Positions 1-8,490 of a DNA stretch of 64,000 bases are shown here, one piece after another. Position 1 is the first letter of the stretch. Every line of letters starts with the position of its first letter. Made by a program: the position numbers and the translations under genes. The notes under the pieces were generated by a model that saw only the letters and a program-made list of their open reading frames with translations, was not told the origin of the DNA and did not search any database. Source of the stretch: a virus; the IMG/VR virus record IMGVR_UViG_3300042384_000211, positions 1 through 64,000 of that record, one strand, 5' to 3'.

Positions 1-1706
1 CCTTCTTCTACTCCTTTACTAACAGAATCATGATAGTATTCAGCACTTGCTACTGCTAAACCATTGGCTTCTGCGTACTGTTTAGCACCTTTGTGTGTGC
101 GGAATTTCTTTTTAACTGTTTTAGTTTTTGGATCGTACACATAGAAATCGTTGTTCCACGTAGTACGTGCTTCCACCACACCTTGATTTTGCTTTTTAAT
201 CCATGCATTGGCTTCTTCAGCTGATTTAAATGGACCAGCAACACTTCCGCCTTGACCATCTTTAAATACACGCCAAACACCGTCTTTAGTTTCACGACCA
301 GTGTAGTTTTCTGCTAGGTCTTTTACTAAACGTACATCTTGTTTAAGCACTACTGCTTGCCCACCATCTTCTAAGTCTAGGTCAAGATATACACGATTTC
401 TTAACTTGTCAGTTTTGATCTGACGAACATATCCAGTTTTACCAGCATCACGACCTTTAACGATAGTAACTTTTTTGTGTAGACCTTTGCTAGGACCACG
501 ACCTTCTGCCATGTTACCATGATCTATGTAAAAGCGTTCGTTGCTACTACCATTAGCCGCTGCATTGTCTTTAGCATTGTTTAAATTTTGTACCAATGAC
601 TCAATACTTTTTGGGTTAAGATTGATTTTTCTGTTACCACGTTCATGTTCGTATGATTTACCAGTTTCTAATGTGTAGCCATAGTATTCAATAAGTTCAG
701 CTAACGTACCTGACTTACTACGCTCTCTACCATTTCTTTCTGATGTTATTGAGTAAACATCAGCCGCACCTTCACCAACTTGTGTATAAGGATGTGGATC
801 GTTTTCTTCTTCGTCACGAGTGCGATCGCGCTCTTGTTCGGCATCAGTTGGAACTTCTTTAGGCCAAGGAATTGATTTTCTTTTTTCAGCACGTTGTTTA
901 GCTTGAGATTTGGCAAATTCTTCCATGCCTTCTCCTAATAAATCTTCGTCGTCATCATGATCCCAGCTATCTTCTTCATCTTCGTCATCATACTCTTCTT
1001 CTTCTGCAGGACCGTAGTCCATAACATCTAAACTATCCCAGTCTGGATTTGGAGTATAGTTACCATTGGCTTTAACTGCAAACTCTACAGCTTTATGTGC
1101 TAGATCATCGTAGCCCGTAACTAGACCAATGTATGGCTCTAATTGATCAAAACTGGCCTCGTTAAATTCATCACCGTCGTTATAGTGACGATAAACAATT
1201 TTACTAGACGCACGTAATACTTCACCTTCAATAGTATCTGCTTTACCTTGACTTGGAACTAATTCTGCATATAAAGCATCGTATTCTTTTTGTAATGCGC
1301 CAGTACCACTCCAATATGTATGCGGACTATCTGGTAATGTTACACGGTCATTGCCTGTGTTCCAACCTTCTTCAACTGTAGTATAACGTTTACTTGGTTT
1401 ACCATGTTTAGTATATTCACGACGTGGACGATCACTCTTACGACCTGGACGTTTAGGCTCTACACCAATGTCATCTTCATTAAAGTTAGCATACGCCTCT
1501 GATAAGTCCCACTCTAGGCTCTTTTCTTCTGAGACTTGACTAAGGCCTTTAAGCATATTGTCCTTGCTGTCGCCAACTAGTTGACCTTTAAAAGGATGTT
1601 CTTTGCCACTTTTAGCAACATCAGTTCCCCGAACTTGATCTCCTGCACGTTGTTTAGGTTCGCCGGCAAATTTAGTTACCGCTTCTAATAGTTTACGCAT
1701 ATCCAT
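1..1706 (-). CDS. Large modular protein, probable capsid-packaged polyprotein (3' partial, at least 568 aa); contains a KOW-like module
   Basis: Missed by the ORF track because it runs off the window. Hand translation from ATG 1706 (MDMRKLLEAV...) is open to position 1. Modules are separated by VEEG, LGEG, VGEG, MAEG, LAEN, VVEA, VEEG. KOW-like segment KKVTIVKGRDAGKTGYV. Confidence 0.85.
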   Translation of the reverse strand, partial: MDMRKLLEAVTKFAGEPKQRAGDQVRGTDVAKSGKEHPFKGQLVGDSKDNMLKGLSQVSEEKSLEWDLSEAYANFNEDDIGVEPKRPGRKSDRPRREYTKHGKPSKRYTTVEEGWNTGNDRVTLPDSPHTYWSGTGALQKEYDALYAELVPSQGKADTIEGEVLRASSKIVYRHYNDGDEFNEASFDQLEPYIGLVTGYDDLAHKAVEFAVKANGNYTPNPDWDSLDVMDYGPAEEEEYDDEDEEDSWDHDDDEDLLGEGMEEFAKSQAKQRAEKRKSIPWPKEVPTDAEQERDRTRDEEENDPHPYTQVGEGAADVYSITSERNGRERSKSGTLAELIEYYGYTLETGKSYEHERGNRKINLNPKSIESLVQNLNNAKDNAAANGSSNERFYIDHGNMAEGRGPSKGLHKKVTIVKGRDAGKTGYVRQIKTDKLRNRVYLDLDLEDGGQAVVLKQDVRLVKDLAENYTGRETKDGVWRVFKDGQGGSVAGPFKSAEEANAWIKKQNQGVVEARTTWNNDFYVYDPKTKTVKKKFRTHKGAKQYAEANGLAVASAEYYHDSVSKGVEE

Positions 1707-1876
1707 TATTGTTTTCTCTTTTTCTTTGTAGGGGTAGGGTTACGTTTCATAAAAATACTGTTGCCAAAGCCGGCTCCGCTACCAGGCATACTTGTAGCTA
1801 CCGCTCCAGATGCTGTGGCACCTACGCTGGCATTTTCTGCAACTGATTGTTTTTGTGTAACTTCTGTAATTTTCAT
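1706..1876 (-). CDS. Small hypothetical protein, 56 aa (MKITEVTQKQSVAENASVGATASG...KKKRKQ)
   Basis: Hand-translated. Its TAA overlaps the next ATG (TAATG). TAAATA motif 5 nt upstream of the ATG. Confidence 0.75.
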   Translation of the reverse strand: MKITEVTQKQSVAENASVGATASGAVATSMPGSGAGFGNSIFMKRNPTPTKKKRKQ

Positions 1877-1884
1877 ATGTATAT

Positions 1885-2223
1885 TTATGCAACTTTGAAA
1901 CTTATCTCTGTCGGAGTGGTACTTACTGTAGTTAGGCTGTAGTTGACTGACTCTATTGATTGCAGGCTAAACTCGGCTTGTTCGGGTATATGGGTTACTG
2001 ATTCTAACTTTAAGGTATGTGTTGGCATACTATCAATACTAATCCATAAATTTTCTTGAAGAAAAGTAGAATCATCCCATATCCATGTACGCTCGATAAC
2101 CAACTCATCATCAATGTAAAGCCTATATCTGCTGTCACGATATTTTTCTTCCCAATGCTGTTTGGCCCAAGTAGGACGAACGCAGTGGACCTCTACTGTT
2201 ATATGTGTAGTAATATCAGACAT
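1885..2223 (-). CDS. Hypothetical protein
   Basis: 112 aa ORF abutting its neighbours in the minus-strand run. Confidence 0.7.
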   Translation of the reverse strand: MSDITTHITVEVHCVRPTWAKQHWEEKYRDSRYRLYIDDELVIERTWIWDDSTFLQENLWISIDSMPTHTLKLESVTHIPEQAEFSLQSIESVNYSLTTVSTTPTEISFKVA

Positions 2224-2937
2224 CTAAATCAAACCAAGTGCCTTCATGTTCTTGTTAGGAGTATCCGGATGTACATCAACAGTAAGCGCATTTGACCAAC
2301 GTGGATCTTTGGCTTCTTTCTTATTCTTTGGAATGTAACCACTGCACTCTAACAACATGCCTTTGCGTACAGCAAGGTATAATGGTTCAGCTAGTTTACC
2401 AGCACCTGTTGCCTGCGCAAATGCAGACAAATCGCCTGCTTTGGCTGCTTCACGAGCCAAACTAGCACTAACACCGACTATACCGTCTGCGTCGGGATCG
2501 CGATCGCCGCTACTAACAAAGTTAATAGAGTCAAACTTGTACATACCAGCAGGTCCTTCTACCCCATTATATTTGGTTAGTAATTCTTTGAAGTTTTCTA
2601 AACGATCACTACCTGCAATAAATGTAACTTTACGATAGCCTTTACTGTATAACCAAGCTGCAACCTGCATGATAGTTTTTAATTGGGTGTCTTCTACTAC
2701 GTGATCTGCGTGTTTAGCAAACATAGCTTTGACAAATTTAATTTTTGTCTGATAGTCTAGGGGATTCTTTTTACTGTCTTGTGTTTGACTAACAAATACA
2801 AAGTAGTCACCACCAGCTGCGGCGTTGGCCACAGTGTTGATCAGTTGTTCGTGCCCAATGGTAGGAGGATTCATGCGGCCAAAGCAAAATGCCGCATGTT
2901 TTTTGTCTATTGCTTCAAATAATTGCTGTAAAAACAT
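2224..2937 (-). CDS. Cytidyltransferase-like (HIGH-family) nucleotidyltransferase
   Basis: FGRMNPPTIGH (HIGH-like), GSDR and SAS motifs. Confidence 0.8.
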   Translation of the reverse strand: MFLQQLFEAIDKKHAAFCFGRMNPPTIGHEQLINTVANAAAGGDYFVFVSQTQDSKKNPLDYQTKIKFVKAMFAKHADHVVEDTQLKTIMQVAAWLYSKGYRKVTFIAGSDRLENFKELLTKYNGVEGPAGMYKFDSINFVSSGDRDPDADGIVGVSASLAREAAKAGDLSAFAQATGAGKLAEPLYLAVRKGMLLECSGYIPKNKKEAKDPRWSNALTVDVHPDTPNKNMKALGLI

Positions 2938-2967
2938 AGTAAACCTAAAGTGTATACTATATTTAGT

Positions 2968-3417
2968 TTATAGTTTTTCTAACAGCCAAATGTAAAATGG
3001 AGTTGAAAATTTTAGTATATAAGTACCATTCCACCCAAGATTTACACATTGATCTAAATGATTAATAGTTTCGCCTTGGAATTCATGTGGTTTGTCTAAA
3101 ATATAAGTAGCATCCCAACATAGGCTGCCTAAACTTATGTCATCAATGATAATGTCTTCAATGTTGAGCAACATGTCTTTGATCACTTCGTCGTCAACTA
3201 CCTTGGTGTCTTGATCTGTTTTATTTTCTAAACGTACCTTTAGTTGATGACTACCTTCATCTAGTTCACGTTTGAAACTAATAGGTTGCGGTACATTAGG
3301 TTCAGCTATTTCAGACTGCACTACAACATGATCGTCTACCCAAACAGAAAACTGGGGCTTTTTGTCCCAGTATGTTCCGCTTAATACTACTTCAAAGGTA
3401 AGCCTTTCTTGTGACAT
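2968..3417 (-). CDS. Hypothetical protein
   Basis: 149 aa, start overlaps the upstream stop. Confidence 0.7.
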   Translation of the reverse strand: MSQERLTFEVVLSGTYWDKKPQFSVWVDDHVVVQSEIAEPNVPQPISFKRELDEGSHQLKVRLENKTDQDTKVVDDEVIKDMLLNIEDIIIDDISLGSLCWDATYILDKPHEFQGETINHLDQCVNLGWNGTYILKFSTPFYIWLLEKL

Positions 3418-4220
3418 TATTTTGGTTGATGTGCGTTAGGATGTTCTGCTTGTTTTTTACCAATTAATACGTCTAGGTCACCAGCAAATTCATAGTGTCC
3501 GCTGTGATTTAACAGAACTTTACTATGTGCGTAGATTTCGCCACCAATAGCTGCCCAGCGGCGACAGAATAACCAATCTTCACTTAGATAGTGACCTTTC
3601 TCATCAATAGCAGTGTCAAAAATACTATACATGTGTGGCTCATATTGTTTACCTAGGCCCACATCATCTACGTATTTTGTTTCTGGATGTGCAGCAATTA
3701 GTTTTTCGTATACATGGCGTTTGAACAACATAAAGCCAGTACCCATAGTGTCTACTGGAAAAATGTCATTGATAATTTGTGTGCCTGGTTTAACATTAAT
3801 TACATAACTAATTGGCAGAGCTTTTTTAGGATACAACCCACCGATAACATCTTTTTCAGTAGTTAACATTTGAAAAATACTTTCTGGTTGAAATCTGATG
3901 TCAGCATCAATAAACATAAAATGAGTGGCTTTATCATTGGTCATCATTTTAGCCATTAAGTTATTACGAGCACGAGTAACTAAACTTTCGTTAACCATAG
4001 TGTCTAAACTCCACTGTAGGCCCATACGCGACGCCAAGAGAATAAAACGTAAAAAACTAGTAAAACATGGTTCTGTAATTTGTCCGCCATAGCAGGGAAT
4101 ACCAAAGTGTACATGGTATTTGCTAAAGTCGTGTTGTTGCGGTTGACCTTGTTGTGGTGCATTTTGTGGGTTAATCATAGGTACTGAATTGGGTTTGATG
4201 CGTTTAGACTGTTTAGCCAT
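3417..4220 (-). CDS. GT-A fold glycosyltransferase-like protein
   Basis: IPCYGG, ESLVTRARN, FIDADI (DxD), GTGFML and SEDWLFC motifs. Confidence 0.7.
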   Translation of the reverse strand: MAKQSKRIKPNSVPMINPQNAPQQGQPQQHDFSKYHVHFGIPCYGGQITEPCFTSFLRFILLASRMGLQWSLDTMVNESLVTRARNNLMAKMMTNDKATHFMFIDADIRFQPESIFQMLTTEKDVIGGLYPKKALPISYVINVKPGTQIINDIFPVDTMGTGFMLFKRHVYEKLIAAHPETKYVDDVGLGKQYEPHMYSIFDTAIDEKGHYLSEDWLFCRRWAAIGGEIYAHSKVLLNHSGHYEFAGDLDVLIGKKQAEHPNAHQPK

Positions 4221-4244
4221 TGAAAATCTCTCTTTTAAATTGAA

Positions 4245-4409
4245 TTATGCTCTTTCGATTTCTACAAGTGTGCCAACACCTGCAAGTTCTTGTACTACTG
4301 CTTCTAAACTTTGCAACACGTCATTACTGACAATTTCTGCTGTAGTTTCACTGTCTTTTAACAGTTTACTTACTTTGATTACTAACACTTCTTCTTGTAA
4401 CTTTGCCAT
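4245..4409 (-). CDS. Small hypothetical protein, 54 aa (MAKLQEEVLVIKVSKLLKD...)
   Basis: Hand-translated. AAGGAG SD and TATAAATA motif upstream. Confidence 0.75.
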   Translation of the reverse strand: MAKLQEEVLVIKVSKLLKDSETTAEIVSNDVLQSLEAVVQELAGVGTLVEIERA

Positions 4410-4413
4410 ATCA

Positions 4414-4451
4414 GACTCCTTAATAATATACTACTATTATTTATAGGAGTC
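4414..4451 (-). promoter_or_regulatory. Late-type promoter (TATAAATA) inside an SD-sequestering hairpin
   Basis: GACTCCT...AGGAGTC inverted repeat with inner AATAATA/TATTATT pairing; TATAAATA at 4438-4445 on the minus strand. Confidence 0.55.
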
Positions 4452-4470
4452 ATTCATGGTGTTAAAATTA

Positions 4471-6780
4471 TTATAATACAATATAACCGTGTTCGTCAAC
4501 TGTTTTATCTTCTAACAACTCCACAGTCACCGGTGGAATAACAATAAATTTTACCTGTTCATCGGCCCAGTCTACAGTAACAACACTGCCTTGGACCATA
4601 TGTTCAAACAACATTTTCTTACTTAACGGAACTTTAATAAGCTCATTGATCTTACGTGACAGCGGACGTGCGCCCATTGCAGGTTCGAAACCGACTTCTG
4701 TTAGATGATCAATCAATGATTCGGTAGCACGTAGTTTGATAGATTTTTCAGCTAACAGTAAGTTAAGTTCATTGATAAACTTAACAACAATTTTTTTCAT
4801 TGAAATTTTGTTTAGGCTATTAAACTTAACCACAGCATCTAAACGATTACGGAACTCTGGGCGGAAGAATTTCTTAACAGCTTCATCGTCTTCACCCGTT
4901 TTGGCCAGATCACGACCAAAGCCAATGTTGTTACGCTCATTGTCTGCAGCACCTAAGTTTGACGTTAAGATTAAGATTGCGTTACGGCAGTCTGCTTTCT
5001 TACCATTGGAACCTGTGATAGTACCTTCATCCATGATCTGTAACAGCAAGTTACTGATATCTGGGTGAGCCTTTTCGATTTCATCTAGCAAGATAATTGA
5101 GTGTGGATTACGTTCAACTTCACTGATTAGTAAGCCGCCGCCTAAGTTGCCATCTTCGTAGCCTACATAGCCCGGAGGAGCACCAATAAGTTTAGCCATG
5201 GCATGTTTTTCTTGATACTCACTCATGTCAAAGCGGATTAGTTTCATACTAAGATTTTCACTTAGTAGTTTACATAGTTCTGTTTTACCAGTACCTGTTG
5301 GGCCTAAGAACAAGAAGTTGCCTACAGGTTTGTTATGTGCTTTCATTCCAGCCTTGGCTACATAGATCTTTTCTAATACTTCTTCGACTGCTGAGTCTTG
5401 CCCATACAAACGATCTTTGATAGTTGATTCTAAGTTAATCAAGTTCTCGCTGGCTTTTTCGCTGACCAAGTTCTCTTTAGGGATCTTAGTGGCTTTAGCA
5501 ATGGTGTCAACAATAGCATCTTTGTCCACAATAAAGTCAGCATTCTTAATTTTTAATCTAGCGCAGCTCATGTCAATTAGGTCAATGGCTTTGTCTGGTA
5601 ATCGTTTGTCTGTTTGATAGCGCATACTTAAATCTACAGCAGCTTCGATAGCTTCGTCTGCAATGGTACCACCGTGGAATTTTTCAAAGTGCTCACGTAG
5701 GCCTGTTAAGATTTCTTTGGCAATGTCTGCGCTTGGTTCGTCAATGTTTAGTTTGTAGAAACGACGCATTAGAGCACGATCTTTTTCAAAGCTCTGAGTG
5801 TATTCTTCGTAGGTAGTTGAGGCAATAACTTTGATTGTGCCGCGGCTTAGAGCTGGTTTAATCATGTTGGCAAAATCTACACTACTTGAATTACCAGAAC
5901 CTGCACCCTGCATTTGATGTGCTTCGTCGATGAATAAGATAGTTTTGCCTTTTTCAGCTAGTGCAGCTAATATATCTTTGAGTTTTTCTTCAAACTCACC
6001 GCGATACTTACTGCCAGCTAACAAATTGCCTATTTCTAAATTGTAGACTGTGTATTCTTTAAGATACTCAGGAACTAGACCGTGAACAATTTTGTGTGCA
6101 AGACCTTCTGCAATAGCAGTTTTACCTACGCCTGGATCGCCAATCATTAGCACATTTGATTTATGACGGCGTGCCAAGACCTGCGCGATTTCTTCAAGTT
6201 CGTATTCGCGTCCAATGACTGGATCTATCTTGCCTTCATTGACCTGCGTGTTAAGATTAGTGCAATATTCGTCTAATATTTGCTCTGATCGATCTTTCTT
6301 AGGTCTATTAGATTCTTTTTTAGTAGCAGACACTAATCTATCTTTATTTTCTTCAGCATAGTATTCTATAAATTGCTTACGATTAATACCATATTTTACT
6401 AAAAAGTATGCCGCGTAACTATTAGTTTCTTGACTAATACTTAGATATAAATCAACAGGCTCCATTTGATCACGAGCACTAAACAGTACCTGAGTAAAAG
6501 CTCGATTAAATACTCTTTCTAAACTGTGTGTTCGTTGTGGTGCAAGATCTTCTTTTTCTGTATTAATTAGATGTTCTTGTTTTCCTAGGTAATCATAAAG
6601 ATCACGTAAAAGATCTTCGACCTCAATACCATAATCGTTTAATGCTTTATTGAAATTTCTAAATTCAACCAATGCTATTAACAAATGTTCAAGAGTTACA
6701 TACTCGTGTTTGTAATCTTTGGCAATGGTACTTGCTGTTTCAATGATATGTTGTATTTCAGGATTTTGATTTAATGACAC
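4471..6780 (-). CDS. clpA: ATP-dependent Clp protease ATPase subunit ClpA
   Basis: Clp N-domain, two AAA+ modules (GDPGVGKT, GPTGTGKT), no ClpB coiled-coil M domain, IGF ClpP-docking loop (NNIGFG). Confidence 0.92.
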   Translation of the reverse strand: MSLNQNPEIQHIIETASTIAKDYKHEYVTLEHLLIALVEFRNFNKALNDYGIEVEDLLRDLYDYLGKQEHLINTEKEDLAPQRTHSLERVFNRAFTQVLFSARDQMEPVDLYLSISQETNSYAAYFLVKYGINRKQFIEYYAEENKDRLVSATKKESNRPKKDRSEQILDEYCTNLNTQVNEGKIDPVIGREYELEEIAQVLARRHKSNVLMIGDPGVGKTAIAEGLAHKIVHGLVPEYLKEYTVYNLEIGNLLAGSKYRGEFEEKLKDILAALAEKGKTILFIDEAHQMQGAGSGNSSSVDFANMIKPALSRGTIKVIASTTYEEYTQSFEKDRALMRRFYKLNIDEPSADIAKEILTGLREHFEKFHGGTIADEAIEAAVDLSMRYQTDKRLPDKAIDLIDMSCARLKIKNADFIVDKDAIVDTIAKATKIPKENLVSEKASENLINLESTIKDRLYGQDSAVEEVLEKIYVAKAGMKAHNKPVGNFLFLGPTGTGKTELCKLLSENLSMKLIRFDMSEYQEKHAMAKLIGAPPGYVGYEDGNLGGGLLISEVERNPHSIILLDEIEKAHPDISNLLLQIMDEGTITGSNGKKADCRNAILILTSNLGAADNERNNIGFGRDLAKTGEDDEAVKKFFRPEFRNRLDAVVKFNSLNKISMKKIVVKFINELNLLLAEKSIKLRATESLIDHLTEVGFEPAMGARPLSRKINELIKVPLSKKMLFEHMVQGSVVTVDWADEQVKFIVIPPVTVELLEDKTVDEHGYIVL

Positions 6781-6810
6781 TATATGATCCTTTTGGATAT
6801 GTTAAAATAT

Positions 6811-7641
6811 TTATAAGTTAGGTTTGATCGTTTTAAGTATGTTTAATTGATCTGCATCTAGTGTTGGAATTTTTATATGTACTGCTACTATCAAATCACC
6901 TCGGACATTGGTATTCATGTAATATAATCCTTGTCCTGCAAGTCCAAATTTAGCATTATACTGGCACGCCTGAGGTATTTTAACTGAAAATTCTTTGCCG
7001 TCAATGCCTTGAATTGTTCGATCGGCTCCAAGCATAGCATCAATTGCATCTATCTCAATGTTAGCAATTAAGTTGTTGCCATTAATTTCAAATCGTTGAT
7101 CGTGTATTACAGTAATAATAACATATAAATCGCCTCTAGTCAATGTCTCAAACATGTTATCTCCCATACCACTGTATTTGATAGTAGTGCCGTTACCGAC
7201 ACCTCGTGGAATGTTAACATCTATGGTGAATCTATCACCTTTGGTAGTTTGTACACTAATTGTGCGTTTTTGGTCGTTTAGGGTATCGCTTAATTGAATT
7301 GAAAGTTGTACCCGTAGGTCTTTGTTTCTGCGTGGCTGACGCTGTTGTTGCTTATGACCAAATCCCTGCTGGAAGAACTGGCCAAAAATATCATGTACGT
7401 CTCCACCGCCAAAGTGATACTCAAATCCACTGCCTTGATTGCCAAACGGGTTGGGATTATCGTGTTGTTGTCGCTTAACAGGATCAGTTAAGGTTTCGTA
7501 TGCACTTTGAATTTCTTGAAACTTAGCAGTATCGCCACCTTTGTCAGGGTGGTGTTTACTGGCCATAGCTCTATAGGCCTTTTTAATTTCTACTTCTGTG
7601 GCGTTTTTTCCTACGCCAAGGGTTTCATATGCGTCTGTCAT
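6811..7641 (-). CDS. dnaJ: DnaJ/CbpA-type co-chaperone without zinc finger; probable start MTDAYETLG at 7641
   Basis: J-domain with HPD motif, G/F-rich region and DnaJ C-terminal domain (GDLYV). Start moved because a promoter lies at 7649-7677. Confidence 0.88.
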   Translation of the reverse strand: MTDAYETLGVGKNATEVEIKKAYRAMASKHHPDKGGDTAKFQEIQSAYETLTDPVKRQQHDNPNPFGNQGSGFEYHFGGGDVHDIFGQFFQQGFGHKQQQRQPRRNKDLRVQLSIQLSDTLNDQKRTISVQTTKGDRFTIDVNIPRGVGNGTTIKYSGMGDNMFETLTRGDLYVIITVIHDQRFEINGNNLIANIEIDAIDAMLGADRTIQGIDGKEFSVKIPQACQYNAKFGLAGQGLYYMNTNVRGDLIVAVHIKIPTLDADQLNILKTIKPNL

Positions 7642-7648
7642 AGTAAGT

Positions 7649-7677
7649 ATTATACAATAAAAAAGGAGAACTGTCAA
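7649..7677 (-). promoter_or_regulatory. Sigma70-type promoter for dnaJ-clpA, overlapping a terminator
   Basis: TTGACA-17 nt-TATAAT; the ATG lies 7 nt after the -10 box. Confidence 0.75.
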
Positions 7678-7688
7678 GCTCTCCTTTA
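7657..7688 (-). terminator. Intrinsic terminator after the lysis operon
   Basis: GGAGAGC-ttgaca-GTTCTCC followed by TTTTTT on the minus strand. Confidence 0.6.
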
Positions 7689-7713
7689 TATTTACTATCA
7701 AATCGATCTGATG

Positions 7714-7953
7714 TTAAGTTTTCTTTCTACGTAACGGTCTATTTGGATCTACAGCTACTGGTTCAGGTGTAACTTCTGCTTCTTGTGGTATTTCTACCAT
7801 TTCCTGACCAACTGCTATTTCCTGTACTTCGTTAACCACTTCTGGTTGATCTGCCGCAACAGGTACGTTATACTCTGGTGCACTTTGACTTAACCATACA
7901 GGCTCTGTTGAAGAACTTAATACCGGGGCGTCTTCAAACCCTGTTACTTTCCC
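7714..7953 (-). CDS. -1 frameshift extension of the holin (77 extra aa, acidic/Pro-rich with a basic end)
   Basis: Frame is open from GGG AAA at the slippery site to TAA at 7714. An in-frame TGA lies just upstream and there is no early start codon. Confidence 0.7.
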   Translation of the reverse strand, partial: GKVTGFEDAPVLSSSTEPVWLSQSAPEYNVPVAADQPEVVNEVQEIAVGQEMVEIPQEAEVTPEPVAVDPNRPLRRKKT

Positions 7954-8234
7954 GAGTCACCTGCTTCGATAGTTGCTACTTTTTCTTTACCACGTGTCCA
8001 AGCTGCAATACCTAAGATAGCACCCATGGAGATATGGTATAAACCACCGCCCTGTAATGTTAACGGTACCCACATACCTACTGCCTGTCCTGGATTCCAG
8101 TATTGAAGTAAGTTGAATAAGATTGGACCTACAATAAAGTCAAACCAAATTGTTGCCATATATGTTACGGCCATTAGTGGACGCCATTTACTGGTCATCC
8201 AATCTTCTGATTTTTTTTCTGCTGCTGTTGCCAT
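7944..8234 (-). CDS. Putative holin (resembles the GTA 3TM holin family)
   Basis: WRP motif, hydrophobic segments, LG..AWTRGKEK C-terminal motif; last gene of the lysis cassette. Confidence 0.7.
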   Translation of the reverse strand: MATAAEKKSEDWMTSKWRPLMAVTYMATIWFDFIVGPILFNLLQYWNPGQAVGMWVPLTLQGGGLYHISMGAILGIAAWTRGKEKVATIEAGDSGK

Positions 8235-8280
8235 ATCATGCTCCTAATTATTATTGTTATTATTATTTATTAGTTTATTG

Positions 8281-8490
8281 TTAACTTACTGCACTGGCTA
8301 CATCAATTAAATCATTGATTATTTCGTTTAACTGACTTAATTTTGCTAAATCGCCAGCTGCCGCTTCGATAACTTTGGTACTTTGTAAATCTTTAAGTAA
8401 TTCTTTATATTCAGTTAACGATAGCTTACCAGCGTTAAATTCTGCTGCTAATGCATGTACTTCCATTACTACATTGTCTACGCTACTCAT
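8281..8490 (-). CDS. Hypothetical protein in the lysis cassette
   Basis: 69 aa, ATGA overlap with the upstream gene. Confidence 0.7.
   Translation of the reverse strand: MSSVDNVVMEVHALAAEFNAGKLSLTEYKELLKDLQSTKVIEAAAGDLAKLSQLNEIINDLIDVASAVS

Noticed and set aside
56-295. 79-aa minus-strand ORF in the track
   Set aside because: It is an alternative frame inside the long ORF starting at 1706.
7714-7800. Independent small gene starting at the internal ATG (7800) of the holin extension
   Set aside because: It would give only 28 aa and leave the open, gene-like 150 nt upstream unexplained; frameshift entry explains the whole frame.
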